DNA from: Candidatus Omnitrophota bacterium
GTDB lineage: Bacteria; Omnitrophota; Gorgyraeia; Zapsychrales; Fredricksoniimonadaceae
Direction of reading: 5' to 3'
DNA length: 64,000 nt
NCBI GenBank assembly: GCA_044225175.1
Contig: JBGAJA010000002.1
Span: 280,991-344,990 of the forward strand
Part shown: piece after piece, positions 39,289-48,780 of the stretch
Layout: every line of letters starts with the position of its first letter
Numbering within the stretch: position 1 is the first letter of the stretch
The notes under the pieces: model-generated
Seen by the model: only the letters and a program-made list of their open reading frames with translations
What the model was told of the DNA's origin: nothing
The model's database searches: none
Translations under genes and position numbers: made by a program

Positions 39289-40119
39289 ATGATTGTGAAT
39301 AAACGTTGGATTGTCATTGGTATCGTAGTTATTTTGCTTGCAACTGTCGGTATTGTGATTGCGAAGGTCAAAAAAAGCGCACCTTCGTCTGAAAAAGCCC
39401 CTATTCCTGTTCAGAAACTTTTAGATGAAGCCTCTCAATATGAATCCCAAGGCGATCAGCTTAAGGCCAAAGAATCCTTGGCTCAAATTGTAGCAGACCA
39501 CCCCGACTATGATAAAGTCGAAGACATTCAGAAAAAATTAGGGGATTTAAACATTCAAATCATCGGCTCTAAAATTCAAACTCCTCAGACGGAAATGTAC
39601 CAAGTCCAGCCAGGAGATTCTTTGGGAAAACTTTCAAAAATGTTTGGAACAACCAAGGAACTCATCAAAAAAAGTAACAATAAAAAAAGTGATGTGATCA
39701 GAGTCGGAGAAAACTTAAGAATTTGGAAAGCTCCTTTCTCCGTTAGCGTCAGCAAATCACAAAAGACATTGACCTTAAGAAGTAATGATGAAGTGATTAA
39801 GATTTATAGAATCGCCACAGGACGGGATACTTCAGATAATGCTACTCCTGTTGGTACATTTAAGATTTCTTCCAAAATCGCTAATCCCGTATGGTTTAAA
39901 GCTGGAGGTAAGCCCATCCCCCCAGAAAGCCCTGAAAATGAGCTTGGTTCAAGATGGATGGGGTTTGATACCGATCCTCATTATGGGATTCATGGGACCA
40001 TTCATCCAGAAGCCATTGGTGAGAATGCCACGGCCGGATGTGTGCGGATGATTAACAGTGATGTCGAGGAATTATTTGATCTGCTGCCCGTTGGAACAAA
40101 AGTGACTATTCAGGAATAA
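39289..40119 (+). CDS. LysM-domain L,D-transpeptidase (YkuD family)
   Basis: The protein has an N-terminal TM helix. A LysM domain follows (VQPGDSLGKLSKMFGTTKELI...RVGENLRI). The YkuD catalytic HGT...GCVRM motif is present. The start may instead be the GTG at 39295, which follows AGGAGA. Confidence 0.8.
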   Translation: MIVNKRWIVIGIVVILLATVGIVIAKVKKSAPSSEKAPIPVQKLLDEASQYESQGDQLKAKESLAQIVADHPDYDKVEDIQKKLGDLNIQIIGSKIQTPQTEMYQVQPGDSLGKLSKMFGTTKELIKKSNNKKSDVIRVGENLRIWKAPFSVSVSKSQKTLTLRSNDEVIKIYRIATGRDTSDNATPVGTFKISSKIANPVWFKAGGKPIPPESPENELGSRWMGFDTDPHYGIHGTIHPEAIGENATAGCVRMINSDVEELFDLLPVGTKVTIQE

Positions 40120-40121
40120 TT

Positions 40122-41075
40122 ATGAGCAAACTCGAATTCGAAAAACCGATCGTTGAACTTGAAAATAAGATTGAAGATCTTCGTAAAATGGGATCCAAAA
40201 AAGTGACTTTGGAACCAGAGATCAAGCGTCTGGAAGCCAAGCTTGATAAGTTAAAGCATGATATTTATGACAATCTTTCTGCCTGGCAGAGAGTCCAGAT
40301 TGCCCGCCACCCGCAGCGTCCATACACCCTAGATTACATCAAAATGATGACCGATGAATTTTTGGAATTGCATGGAGATCGTTTGTTTGCGGATGATCTC
40401 TCTATCGTCGGAGGGTTCGCGAAGATTGATGGCCAGAAGGTCATGATTTTTGGACACCAAAAGGGGCGGGACACCAAAGAAAATTTGCATCGTAATTTTG
40501 GCTGTGCTCATCCGGAAGGGTACCGTAAGGCCATGCGTTTAATGAAGCTTGCCGCTAAGTTTCAAGTTCCTGTGGTATGTCTGATTGATACTCCAGGGGC
40601 TTACCCAGGAATAGGCGCAGAAGAACGCGGTCAGGCTCAGGCCATTGCTGAGAACCTACGCGATATGTCCACTGTGGAAACTCCTATTATTTCTGTGGTC
40701 ATTGGTGAAGGTGGAAGCGGTGGAGCTCTTGGAATTGGTGTGGCAGATTGCATTCTTATTCTACAACATGCCTATTATTCTGTAATTTCACCAGAAGGAT
40801 GTGCATCTATCCTTTGGCGAAGTTCCTTGAAAGCGCCGGAAGCTGCTAAAGCACTCAAACTTCACGGTGAGGATCTAATGGAATTTGGGATTGTTGATGA
40901 AATCATTCCCGAACCTTTAGGTGGTGCCCATCGCAACCACGAAGAAACTGCCAGCAATTTAAAGCAAAGTCTTTTAAAAAACATTAAAAAACTCTCTGCT
41001 CTTTCCCATGAGGACCTCCTAGAGAAGCGATATGAGAAATTTCGCTCCATAGGTGAGGTTATCGAAAAAAAATGA
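40122..41075 (+). CDS. accA: Acetyl-CoA carboxylase carboxyltransferase subunit alpha
   Basis: The protein is full length and has the AccA-like sequence ...IGEGGSGGALGIGVAD. Confidence 0.93.
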   Translation: MSKLEFEKPIVELENKIEDLRKMGSKKVTLEPEIKRLEAKLDKLKHDIYDNLSAWQRVQIARHPQRPYTLDYIKMMTDEFLELHGDRLFADDLSIVGGFAKIDGQKVMIFGHQKGRDTKENLHRNFGCAHPEGYRKAMRLMKLAAKFQVPVVCLIDTPGAYPGIGAEERGQAQAIAENLRDMSTVETPIISVVIGEGGSGGALGIGVADCILILQHAYYSVISPEGCASILWRSSLKAPEAAKALKLHGEDLMEFGIVDEIIPEPLGGAHRNHEETASNLKQSLLKNIKKLSALSHEDLLEKRYEKFRSIGEVIEKK

Positions 41076-42109
41076 AGCGCAATATCTTAGACCTTTCTTT
41101 CGACGAATTATCTCAGTATTTTCAATCGATAGATGAAAAGTCTTTTCGTGCCAAGCAGGTTACGGAGTGGATTTATCATAAAGGGGTGTGGTCTTTGGAT
41201 GACATGCCAAATATTCCAAAACCTCTCCGAGAGAAAATTAAGAAAGATTTCGACCTAAAGCCGACGAAGATCGTTGATAAACAGATTTCTCAGGAAGGGA
41301 CGACCAAGTTCTTGTTTGATTTGGATGACCGAGAGAAAATCGAAAGCGTATTAATCCCAACACCAACACGGACAACAGCCTGCATTTCAACCCAGGCAGG
41401 CTGCAAGTTTGGATGCAAGTTTTGTGCCAGTGGAATTGGAGGATGGTCGAGAAACTTAACGAGCGGCGAGATTGTAGCCCAAGTTCTGCATGTGAGAGAA
41501 GAATCGCTTAAGCATAAGCGGCCATTAACAAACATTGTTTTTATGGGAACAGGCGAGCCTCTAGACAATTTTGAGAATCTAATGAAGGCCATTCGCATCA
41601 TCAATTCAGATCAGGGCATAAATATTGGAGCTAGGCACATAACAGTATCAACGGTAGGATTGGTTCCTAAGATTAAAGAATTGGCTCAAGAAGGTTTGCA
41701 AATTGAGTTAGCAATTTCTTTGCATGGCTACGACAATGAATCTAGAAATGTTCTCATGCCGGTCAATCGCAAATATCCTTTTGATGAGCTGATTGCTGCT
41801 TGCCGTGAATACATTAAGTTGACCAAGCGTCAGATCACATTCGAGTATATTTTAATTAAAGACATTACATGCACAGATCACGCCGTGCAAAGTCTGCGCA
41901 AAGCTTTTCGAGGCTTAATCTGCAAGATGAACTTGATTCCATACAATCCTGTTTCAGAGTTCGATCATAAAACACCGTCTAAAGAAGAGATGTTTGCATT
42001 TAAAAATCGTCTGGAAGAATATGGGATTCACTCAACAATTCGTATGCCTCGTGGACGTGATGTGGGAGCTGCATGCGGACAATTAAGACATCAGCATCAA
42101 AAAGTTTAG
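41072..42109 (+). CDS. rlmN: 23S rRNA/tRNA m2A methyltransferase RlmN (radical SAM)
   Basis: CKFGCKFCASG is the CxxxCxxC radical-SAM cluster motif. The C-terminal RlmN blocks are present. The start overlaps the accA stop (ATGA). Confidence 0.9.
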   Translation: MKRNILDLSFDELSQYFQSIDEKSFRAKQVTEWIYHKGVWSLDDMPNIPKPLREKIKKDFDLKPTKIVDKQISQEGTTKFLFDLDDREKIESVLIPTPTRTTACISTQAGCKFGCKFCASGIGGWSRNLTSGEIVAQVLHVREESLKHKRPLTNIVFMGTGEPLDNFENLMKAIRIINSDQGINIGARHITVSTVGLVPKIKELAQEGLQIELAISLHGYDNESRNVLMPVNRKYPFDELIAACREYIKLTKRQITFEYILIKDITCTDHAVQSLRKAFRGLICKMNLIPYNPVSEFDHKTPSKEEMFAFKNRLEEYGIHSTIRMPRGRDVGAACGQLRHQHQKV

Positions 42110-42137
42110 AAATTCTTAATAATCAAGGGAGATGGAT

Positions 42138-42662
42138 ATGAATAAAAAAGTAAGCGTAATAGAAACTCTGATTGAGACCGCGTTATGGAAAAGCCGCCTC
42201 ATTGTGATCCTGCCTGTCATTTTTGGCATTATTGCAGCGGCCGCTCTTTTTGTGACAGCAAGCATAGAAATCTATCAGGCCGTTAAGTACATGCATCTTT
42301 TCTCAGAGCAGCCAAGCGGAGAGCACACAGCATTAATCATTCACATTATTACAGCCATTGATCAGTATTTGATCGGTATTGTGCTGTTGATCTTTGCTTT
42401 TGGTATTTATGAATTATTTATCTCTAAGATTGATGCAGCCCGTCAAGCTGAGGGAGATAGTATTTTAGACATCGGATCCTTGGATGAACTTAAGAATAAA
42501 ATCCTTAAAGTCGTTGTCATGGTGTTGATTGTCAGTCTTTCTAAATCTTTACTTACTGCAACAGTAGGCTCAGTTTTAGATTTACTGTTCTTGTCATTAG
42601 CCATTTTAGCGTTGTCGGGATGTGTGTTTTTGGTTAGGAATATCGAAGGGGATAAGAAATAG
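42138..42662 (+). CDS. UPF0114/YqhA family inner-membrane protein
   Basis: The ATG at 42138 is preceded by GGGAGA. The protein has four TM helices and YqhA-like sequence. Confidence 0.7.
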   Translation: MNKKVSVIETLIETALWKSRLIVILPVIFGIIAAAALFVTASIEIYQAVKYMHLFSEQPSGEHTALIIHIITAIDQYLIGIVLLIFAFGIYELFISKIDAARQAEGDSILDIGSLDELKNKILKVVVMVLIVSLSKSLLTATVGSVLDLLFLSLAILALSGCVFLVRNIEGDKK

Positions 42663-42679
42663 ATTTTTAAGAAACTATT

Positions 42680-43186
42680 TTATTTCGAAGAGAGACTTTC
42701 CATAAGTTTTCTTACCTTAGGGTCTTTCATTAATTCTCGTGCTTTAGGATTGTTTTCTAAGGCTTTAACGTCTCTTGCTGCAGCTGCTTGTGTAATACTA
42801 GGGTCGCTCAATAATTTCATTAATTCAGGATCTTTGGTCATTTCCATGATTTGATTTAAAGCTTGTGGATCATTCATGAGCTTGTTTTGAGTCTCAGTGA
42901 TTCGCTGGTTAAAGTCATCAGATCCTTGAACTGAAGGAGAGCTTGTGAATCCAACTCCAGATTGAGCTTGCACACCCTGACTTGAAATGCTAACAACCTG
43001 AGCCGTATCCACATCCACTTTTCCCATCGTAGAAGTCTGAACATTATATTTTCCATTTCCCACACCCACTAATTCACCCTTGATTTGAGAACCATCTTTG
43101 AGAGTAATAATTTGTTGTTCGCTGTGGGCGATGTTTGGGATCAGAAAAGTGACTAATAGGAATGTGAAAAGAAGAGAATTTTTCAT
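42680..43186 (-). CDS. Periplasmic protein with a signal peptide and C-terminal STI1-like DP-repeat helices
   Basis: The ATG at 43186 (minus strand) lies downstream of GAGG. The signal peptide is MKNSLLFTFLLVTFLIPNIAHS. The C-terminus has DPQALNQIMEMTKDPELMKLLSDP... repeats. Confidence 0.55.
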   Translation of the reverse strand: MKNSLLFTFLLVTFLIPNIAHSEQQIITLKDGSQIKGELVGVGNGKYNVQTSTMGKVDVDTAQVVSISSQGVQAQSGVGFTSSPSVQGSDDFNQRITETQNKLMNDPQALNQIMEMTKDPELMKLLSDPSITQAAAARDVKALENNPKARELMKDPKVRKLMESLSSK

Positions 43187-43234
43187 ATTTACCTCAAGTG
43201 TACCATATGGTTTCTTAGAAGGCAAAAATCAAAG

Positions 43235-43318
43235 TGCTGGGAGAGGGAATCGAACCCTCACAGCCGTGAAGCTACTGGTTTTTGAGACCAGCGCGTATAC
43301 CAGTTCCGCCATCCCAGC
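43235..43318 (-). tRNA. tRNA-Leu (anticodon CAA)
   Basis: The sequence was folded by hand. The acceptor stem is GCTGGGA/TCCCAGC. The anticodon stem is CTGGT/ACCAG with loop CTCAAAA. A long variable arm is present. The T-arm is GAGGG-TTCGATT-CCCTC. The discriminator is A. Confidence 0.85.
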
Positions 43319-43324
43319 AAAATT

Positions 43325-43402
43325 TGGTGGAGTTGAGGGGGGTTGAACCCCTGACCTCCTGCATGCCATGCAGGCGCTCTACCAAAACTGAGCTACAACC
43401 CC
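43325..43402 (-). tRNA. tRNA-Ala (anticodon GGC), CCA encoded
   Basis: The acceptor stem GGGGTTG/CAACTCC carries the G3:U70 Ala identity pair. The anticodon loop is ATGGCAT. The T-arm is AGGGG-TTCAACC-CCCCT. Confidence 0.85.
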
Positions 43403-43414
43403 AAAGAAGACGCC

Positions 43415-43443
43415 AATATAACATTGAGCCTATCTTTTGTCAA
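43415..43443 (-). promoter_or_regulatory. Consensus sigma70 promoter for the tRNA-Ala/tRNA-Leu transcript (TTGACA, 17-nt spacer, TATATT on the minus strand)
   Basis: On the minus strand the sequence reads ttgacaaaagataggctcaatgttatatt. The -10 element ends about 12 nt before the tRNA-Ala 5-prime end. Confidence 0.5.
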
Positions 43444-43480
43444 TCATTGGGCATATGTAAACCAATAGGCTCTAAGGAAG

Positions 43481-43509
43481 TTGACAATGGGCTTTTGGGT
43501 ATTTATGAT
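43481..43509 (+). promoter_or_regulatory. Sigma70-like promoter (TTGACA, 17-nt spacer, TATGAT) ending 8 nt before the cysteine desulfurase ATG, implying a leaderless or near-leaderless mRNA
   Basis: The hexamers were read directly from the sequence. No Shine-Dalgarno sequence lies between the -10 element and the ATG at 43518. Confidence 0.4.
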
Positions 43510-43517
43510 AAGGCCCT

Positions 43518-44657
43518 ATGAAAGACATTTATCTCGATTATGCGGCCACCACACCGACTGATCCTGTTGTCCTGGAAGCTATGAAACCCTTTTTCTTTGA
43601 GCGTTTCGGCAATGCTTCCAGCCCGCACAGCTTTGGCCGCAGAGCCCATAGTGCAATAGAAGATTCCCGCAAAATTCTAGCTGATTTTATTGGAGCCAAG
43701 CCTTCTGAAATTGTCTTTACCTCAGGTGCAACGGAATCTAACAATCAAGCTATTCTAACTTTAGCTTTAGGGCTATTCACTAAAGGTCGTCATGTCATTG
43801 TTGGATCGATTGAACACTCAAGTGTCTATGAACCTGCCAAACGCCTTTCTAAGCTGGGATTTGAAGTCAGTTTTGTTGATCCAGACCCTTATGGAATCAT
43901 GGATCCCAAAGCTTTTAAGAATTTAATGCGAGAAGATACTATCTTGGTTATTTTACATCATGCCAACAATGAAATAGGAGTGATTGAACCTGTGGAGGAG
44001 ATTGGCGCTATTACTCGGGAGAGAGGAATTTGCTTTTTGGTTGATGCCACCCAAACGGTTGGCCATATCCCGGTCGATGTTCAGAAAATTTCCTGTGACT
44101 TGTTATCTTTGTCAGCCCATAAATTCTATGGTCCAAGTGGTATTGGAGCTTTGTATGTTAGAGAAGGGCTTACAATCGAACCAAGGCTTTATGGCGGTGA
44201 CCAGGAAAGTTCCCGACGGGCAGGCACACATAATCTGCCTGGGATTGTAGGTTTAGGTAAGGCAATCGAATTGTGCGCTCATCACATGGACCAAGAAGCA
44301 AAAAATCAAATCGCCCTGCGTGATCACATTATTCAATATGTCTTAGAAAATATTAAAGATGCCAGACTCAATGGCCATAGGTCTCAAAGACTTCCCAACA
44401 ATGCTCATTTTTGTTTTGAGGGAATCAATGGGGAAGAACTCGTGGTGGCCCTTGATATGGCAGGTATTGGGGTTTCCCAAGGCTCTGCATGCACCCGTGG
44501 AATATTAGAAGCATCTCATGTTCTTAAAGCGATCGGACTTTCCTCTGAATTAGCTTTAGGAAGCTTGCGTGTCAGTTTAGGCCGCTGGACCAAACAAGAA
44601 GACGTAGATTATTTTCTGCAGCAACTGAGTTTAATCGTAGGAAAGATGCGCAGATAA
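43518..44657 (+). CDS. Cysteine desulfurase (NifS/IscS class V aminotransferase)
   Basis: The PLP-lysine motif SLSAHKFYGP is present. The active-site Cys loop is GSACT. The length is 379 aa. Confidence 0.88.
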   Translation: MKDIYLDYAATTPTDPVVLEAMKPFFFERFGNASSPHSFGRRAHSAIEDSRKILADFIGAKPSEIVFTSGATESNNQAILTLALGLFTKGRHVIVGSIEHSSVYEPAKRLSKLGFEVSFVDPDPYGIMDPKAFKNLMREDTILVILHHANNEIGVIEPVEEIGAITRERGICFLVDATQTVGHIPVDVQKISCDLLSLSAHKFYGPSGIGALYVREGLTIEPRLYGGDQESSRRAGTHNLPGIVGLGKAIELCAHHMDQEAKNQIALRDHIIQYVLENIKDARLNGHRSQRLPNNAHFCFEGINGEELVVALDMAGIGVSQGSACTRGILEASHVLKAIGLSSELALGSLRVSLGRWTKQEDVDYFLQQLSLIVGKMRR

Positions 44658-44730
44658 ATATATAAAATACTTTTTGTGAGGGGTGGCCGATGGGGATACC
44701 TGAGGACAGGACCCCCCAGTAGAAAATACT

Positions 44731-45687
44731 ATGCAAGAGCGGATCATTCAATTTTTAAAACAAACAGACGGCTATGTTTCTTGTGAAGAAATCAGCCAGC
44801 AGCTTAATATGTCGCGGGCGGCCATTTGGAAGCATATGCAGGATTTGCGTGGCTTAGGTTATGAAATTGCCGCCGTTCCTCATTTGGGATATCAACTGGT
44901 CTCGAGTCCCGACGCACTCTTGCCCCACGAAATTCAAAGCGGGTTAAAAACTAAACTGATGGGCCAAAACGTATTTTCCTTTGATACCCTTCCCTCTACC
45001 ATGGATGAAGCATTTCGACTGGGAATGTTAGGAGCTGCAGAGGGTACGGTTATTTGTGCGGAAGCACAAACCAAGGGTCGTGGACGTCTTGGCCGTACAT
45101 GGGCTTCTCCTAAGGGAAAAGGCATTTACTGTTCCATCATTCTTCGTCCTAAGTTATCCCCATCTCAGATGTCGCAGCTTACGTTGATGACAGCGGTTGC
45201 CGTTTGTGAAGCTATCAAGAAAGTCACAAATCTTGAGCCAACGATCAAATGGCCTAACGATCTCATTTTAGGTTCTAAGAAAATCGCCGGCATTCTAACC
45301 GAGTTGCGGGCCGAGATTGATGCGCTCACATTTGTCGTCGTGGGACTAGGCCTTAATGTGAATTCAAGTGCCAGCCAATTGATTGAGAGCGCCACATCAC
45401 TCAAACTTGAAGGTCAAAGCAATGTGAATCGTGTTGAACTCTTACAAGAAATCCTCCTTTCGATTGAGAAATGGTGCGGCAAGATTTTAAAAGGTCAATT
45501 TGATGAAGTTTTAGATTATTGCCGCAAGAATTCTGCGACATTAAAGAAACGTGTTCGCATTGCGGATGCCACAGGTGTTCAAGAGGGCAAAGCCATTGAT
45601 ATAGATAAGGACGGGGGCTTAATGATCCGTCTGAATAATGGCAAGGTTATTAAGAAAATTGCAGGGGACGCTCAAATTTTAAAATGA
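44731..45687 (+). CDS. birA: Bifunctional biotin-[acetyl-CoA-carboxylase] ligase and bio operon repressor BirA (class II, with N-terminal HTH)
   Basis: An N-terminal wHTH is present (ISQQLNMSRAAIWKHMQDLR). The biotin-binding motif is GRGRLGRTW. Confidence 0.9.
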   Translation: MQERIIQFLKQTDGYVSCEEISQQLNMSRAAIWKHMQDLRGLGYEIAAVPHLGYQLVSSPDALLPHEIQSGLKTKLMGQNVFSFDTLPSTMDEAFRLGMLGAAEGTVICAEAQTKGRGRLGRTWASPKGKGIYCSIILRPKLSPSQMSQLTLMTAVAVCEAIKKVTNLEPTIKWPNDLILGSKKIAGILTELRAEIDALTFVVVGLGLNVNSSASQLIESATSLKLEGQSNVNRVELLQEILLSIEKWCGKILKGQFDEVLDYCRKNSATLKKRVRIADATGVQEGKAIDIDKDGGLMIRLNNGKVIKKIAGDAQILK

Positions 45688-46838
45688 TTACCAATGCTTT
45701 TTTAAAAAACAATCTCCAAGAACTAGAATCCCAATCCATGCTTCGTCGTTTGCGGCAGGTGCAAAGCACGCAAGCCAGAGAGATTGTGATTGATGGCATA
45801 AGAGTCTTAAATTTTTGTTCCAATAATTATTTGGGCCTTGCAGATGATCCTCGTATTGTTGAGGCTGGCAGGCGCTCCTTAGACACAAGAGGGTTTGGAA
45901 GCGGCGCTTCCCGATTGGTTTGTGGCAATATGGATGAACATGAAGCGTTAGAAAAGAAGATTGCCGATTTAAAGAAAACCCAGCGAGCGCTTCTTTTTAA
46001 TAGCGGTTATGCTGCAAATACAGGAACCATACCAGCCTTGTTTGATCGAGAAGATATCATTTTTTCTGATCGTTTAAACCATGCATCGATTATTGATGGC
46101 ATTCTCTTAAGCAGGGCTGAACTCAAACGATATCAGCACAATGATATGAAATCTTTGGAAGAGCTTCTCAAAGGGTCAGGGGGTTTCAAAAAGAAGCTTA
46201 TAGTTACTGATAGTGTCTTTAGCATGGATGGAGACAGGGCTAATTTAAAAGAAATTGTTCGTCTAGCCAAACGTTATGAAGCCTCTGTTATGGTTGATGA
46301 AGCACATGGCTTTGGAGTCTTAGGGGAGCATGGCGGAGGATTGGTCGAAGAAGAGGGATTAAGCAAAGAGATTGATATTCAAATGGGGACCCTTTCAAAG
46401 GCCGCAGGGTGTTTTGGTGCTTATGTGGCTGGATCAAGCCTTTTGTGTGAGTATCTGATTAATCATAGCCGCAGTTTTATTTATACCACAGCACTTCCCC
46501 CAAGCCTGGCAGCAGCAGCATCGAAAGCTATAGATATTTTAAGTGAAGACAAAGCAAGACGAACAAAGCTCTTAGAGAATGCCGCTTATCTTCGCCAAGG
46601 CCTTAAAGAGTTAGGGTTTGATACACTTAATTCATCGACACCCATTATTCCCATTGTTTTAAAAGATGCTAAAAAAGCATTAGCAGCGTCTAAGTATTTG
46701 ATGGAACAAGGCATCTTTGTCCAAGCCATACGTCCACCAACGGTGCCTATCAATACGGCGCGATTACGTGTAACAGTGATGGCAACGCATACAAAGGAAG
46801 ATTTGGAGCGACTTTTGAAGGGTATGAGGTCTTTGTAA
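45684..46838 (+). CDS. bioF: 8-amino-7-oxononanoate synthase
   Basis: The protein is an AONS family PLP enzyme with GTLSKA containing the PLP-Lys. The ATGA start overlaps birA. Confidence 0.9.
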   Translation: MITNAFLKNNLQELESQSMLRRLRQVQSTQAREIVIDGIRVLNFCSNNYLGLADDPRIVEAGRRSLDTRGFGSGASRLVCGNMDEHEALEKKIADLKKTQRALLFNSGYAANTGTIPALFDREDIIFSDRLNHASIIDGILLSRAELKRYQHNDMKSLEELLKGSGGFKKKLIVTDSVFSMDGDRANLKEIVRLAKRYEASVMVDEAHGFGVLGEHGGGLVEEEGLSKEIDIQMGTLSKAAGCFGAYVAGSSLLCEYLINHSRSFIYTTALPPSLAAAASKAIDILSEDKARRTKLLENAAYLRQGLKELGFDTLNSSTPIIPIVLKDAKKALAASKYLMEQGIFVQAIRPPTVPINTARLRVTVMATHTKEDLERLLKGMRSL

Positions 46839-46839
46839 A

Positions 46840-47640
46840 ATGCCAAATTTAACAACTAAATCAGGAATTAATTGGAATTACGAACTCTCTGGCCAGGGAG
46901 AGCCCTTGGTGTTTATTCATGGATTTGGCGGGTCTCTTCGCTGGTGGGGAAGCCAAGTTTCTTCTTTTGAAAAAGACTTTCATGTGCTTCGTTTGGATTT
47001 ACCAGGACATGGACAAAGCTCGTGGAAGCCTTGCACCTTGCTTTCCATGGCGCAAGACATTAAACAAATTCTGGAACACTTAAATATGCTGCGTGTGAAC
47101 GTGGTGGCCAGTTCTTTTGGGGGTTTGATTGCGATTGAATTATTTCGCATCATGCATGAGGATGTGTCTCGAATTAGCTTTGTAGGTTCTTTACCTAAGT
47201 TTGCTAGAAGTAACGAATACCCAGCAGGTCTTGATATTGAACACATTAGAACGATGAGTCATCAGTTTGAAGGGGATTATGGGGCGATCTTAGACATCTT
47301 TTTCCGATCCTTGTTTACTATGGAAGAGCGACAATCGGAAGAGTTTAAAAAGTTGAAAGACTTGCGCCAAAGTGAACCTTTGCCTCAAAAGGAAGCTTTA
47401 AATGCTTTTTTAGAAATTTTAGAAAAAACAGATTTGCGTGATCGCCTCGCTTCGCTTATTTGTCCAACTCAATTCATTACAGGTGCTCATGATTATCTTT
47501 GTCCTAAAGAAGTGATGGAGTGGATCCAGGACCACATGCTAAACGCCCGTTTAGATTTTATCGATGGCAGCGGACACCTGCCTTTTTTAACTAAAGTGAA
47601 ACAATACAATGACTTACTCGAAAACTTCCTTATCAATTAA
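46840..47640 (+). CDS. bioH: Alpha/beta hydrolase, probable pimeloyl-ACP methyl ester esterase (BioH-like)
   Basis: HGFGGS and ASSFGG nucleophile-elbow motifs are present. The gene sits between bioF and bioC. Confidence 0.7.
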   Translation: MPNLTTKSGINWNYELSGQGEPLVFIHGFGGSLRWWGSQVSSFEKDFHVLRLDLPGHGQSSWKPCTLLSMAQDIKQILEHLNMLRVNVVASSFGGLIAIELFRIMHEDVSRISFVGSLPKFARSNEYPAGLDIEHIRTMSHQFEGDYGAILDIFFRSLFTMEERQSEEFKKLKDLRQSEPLPQKEALNAFLEILEKTDLRDRLASLICPTQFITGAHDYLCPKEVMEWIQDHMLNARLDFIDGSGHLPFLTKVKQYNDLLENFLIN

Positions 47641-48397
47641 GGACATTCAAAAATCATTTAGCCAGGCTGCCAAACAGTACGATGAACTTTCCCAAGTTCA
47701 TCAAAAATATGCCCTGCGAATGGTAGAAGAGATTTCGGTGTTAAACGCCAATCTATCAAATGTATTGGATGTTGGCTGTGGCACAGGTTATTTGTCTTCT
47801 AAGCTTAAAGCAAGATTTCCTCGGGCCAAAATTACCGGCTTAGATTTTGCCTCCGGCATGATTACTCAGGCCCAAGAAAATTACGCTGGTATTGATTTTA
47901 AGTTGGCCGATGCCTCTCACATGCCTTTCGAAGGCAACAGTTTTGATTTGGTATTGTCTAATTTTGCTTATCAGTGGATGGCTGATCTAACCCAAGCCTT
48001 TGGGGAAGCTCACAGGGTCTTGATGCCTCGCGGACAATTCACCGCGACATTATTTGGATATAGGACATGCGAAGAACTTTTTTTAAGTTTAGAACATGCG
48101 GGCGTTAATATGGCCTCGTTCAATCGTTTTGCCACTATTTCTGAAGTCCAAGAGCATCTTGAGAAGGCGGGATTTGCTTCTTTAGAAGTTCAAGAGGAAG
48201 TCATCAAGATTGGCTTCAAAGACCTGTTTCATCTCTTGAGTTGGTTAAAAGCTATTGGCGCTAATCAATTATCGTCTGGAAAATTCTTAGGCCCCAAGGC
48301 CCTTGAGAAGGCCAGCAACTTTTGTTTCAAAAATTTCGCTAATCAGAACCATATTTTGATTTCTTTCGAAGTGATTAAAATTCATGCGACTAAATAG
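47609..48397 (+). CDS. bioC: Malonyl-ACP O-methyltransferase
   Basis: The SAM motif is VLDVGCGTGYLS. The protein is BioC-like and about 260 aa long. The start codon is uncertain because it overlaps the bioH end by about 30 nt. Confidence 0.8.
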   Translation: MTYSKTSLSIKDIQKSFSQAAKQYDELSQVHQKYALRMVEEISVLNANLSNVLDVGCGTGYLSSKLKARFPRAKITGLDFASGMITQAQENYAGIDFKLADASHMPFEGNSFDLVLSNFAYQWMADLTQAFGEAHRVLMPRGQFTATLFGYRTCEELFLSLEHAGVNMASFNRFATISEVQEHLEKAGFASLEVQEEVIKIGFKDLFHLLSWLKAIGANQLSSGKFLGPKALEKASNFCFKNFANQNHILISFEVIKIHATK

Positions 48398-48407
48398 GAA
48401 TATATGT

Positions 48408-48780
48408 GTCATTGCGAGGAGCAAAGCGACGAAGCAATCTTAAATTATGTTGACAAAACAATATTACGTTTATTTTTTAACGAATTAGAATAATAAAGTT
48501 CTGTATGTAGGAGTAACGAACGATTTAAAGCGCAGAACCTATGAGCACAAGAGTGGATTGGTCGATGGATTCACTAAGAAATATCGTGTGAATAAATTAG
48601 TCTACTATGAAGTTGCCGAACTGATTGAAAGTGCGATTTTAAGAGAAAAACAGATTAAAGCTGGTTCGAGGAAAAAGAAAACGGACTTAATAACAAGTTT
48701 TAATCCTAATTGGGAAGACCTAGCTGACAAACTATAAAAAGATTGCTTCCTCAGTCGCTTCGCTTCTTCCTCGCAATGAC
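48408..48780. mobile_element. Small GIY-YIG (COG2827-type) cassette bounded by imperfect inverted repeats, inserted in the bioC-bioD spacer
   Basis: The left IR at 48408-48439 is gtcattgcgaggagcaaagcgacgaagcaatc. The right IR at 48741-48780 reads, as its reverse complement, gtcattgcgaggaagaagcgaagcgactgaggaagcaatc. The pair encloses a roughly 96-codon GIY-YIG ORF. Confidence 0.55.
48447..48737 (+). pseudogene. GIY-YIG nuclease-superfamily ORF (URI domain) with an in-frame TAG at codon 14
   Basis: The translation is MLTKQYYVYFLTN*NNKVLYVGVTNDLKRRTYEHKSGLVDGFTKKYRVNKLVYYEVAELIESAILREKQIKAGS... The GIY (YVYFL) and YIG (LYVGVT), R and E motifs are present. The TAG at 48486-48488 interrupts the frame. 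Neighbouring genes in this window (bioC, the giant gene) use TAG as a stop. Confidence 0.5.

Noticed and set aside
43098-43521. Plus-strand ORFs 43098-43346 and 43282-43521
   Set aside because: They overlap two well-folded tRNA genes and a promoter region. They are artefacts of the GC-richer tRNA sequence.
47609-47640. Possible programmed frameshift or fusion between bioH and bioC because of the 32-nt overlap
   Set aside because: It is more simply explained by an alternative, later bioC start codon. No slippery sequence is evident.
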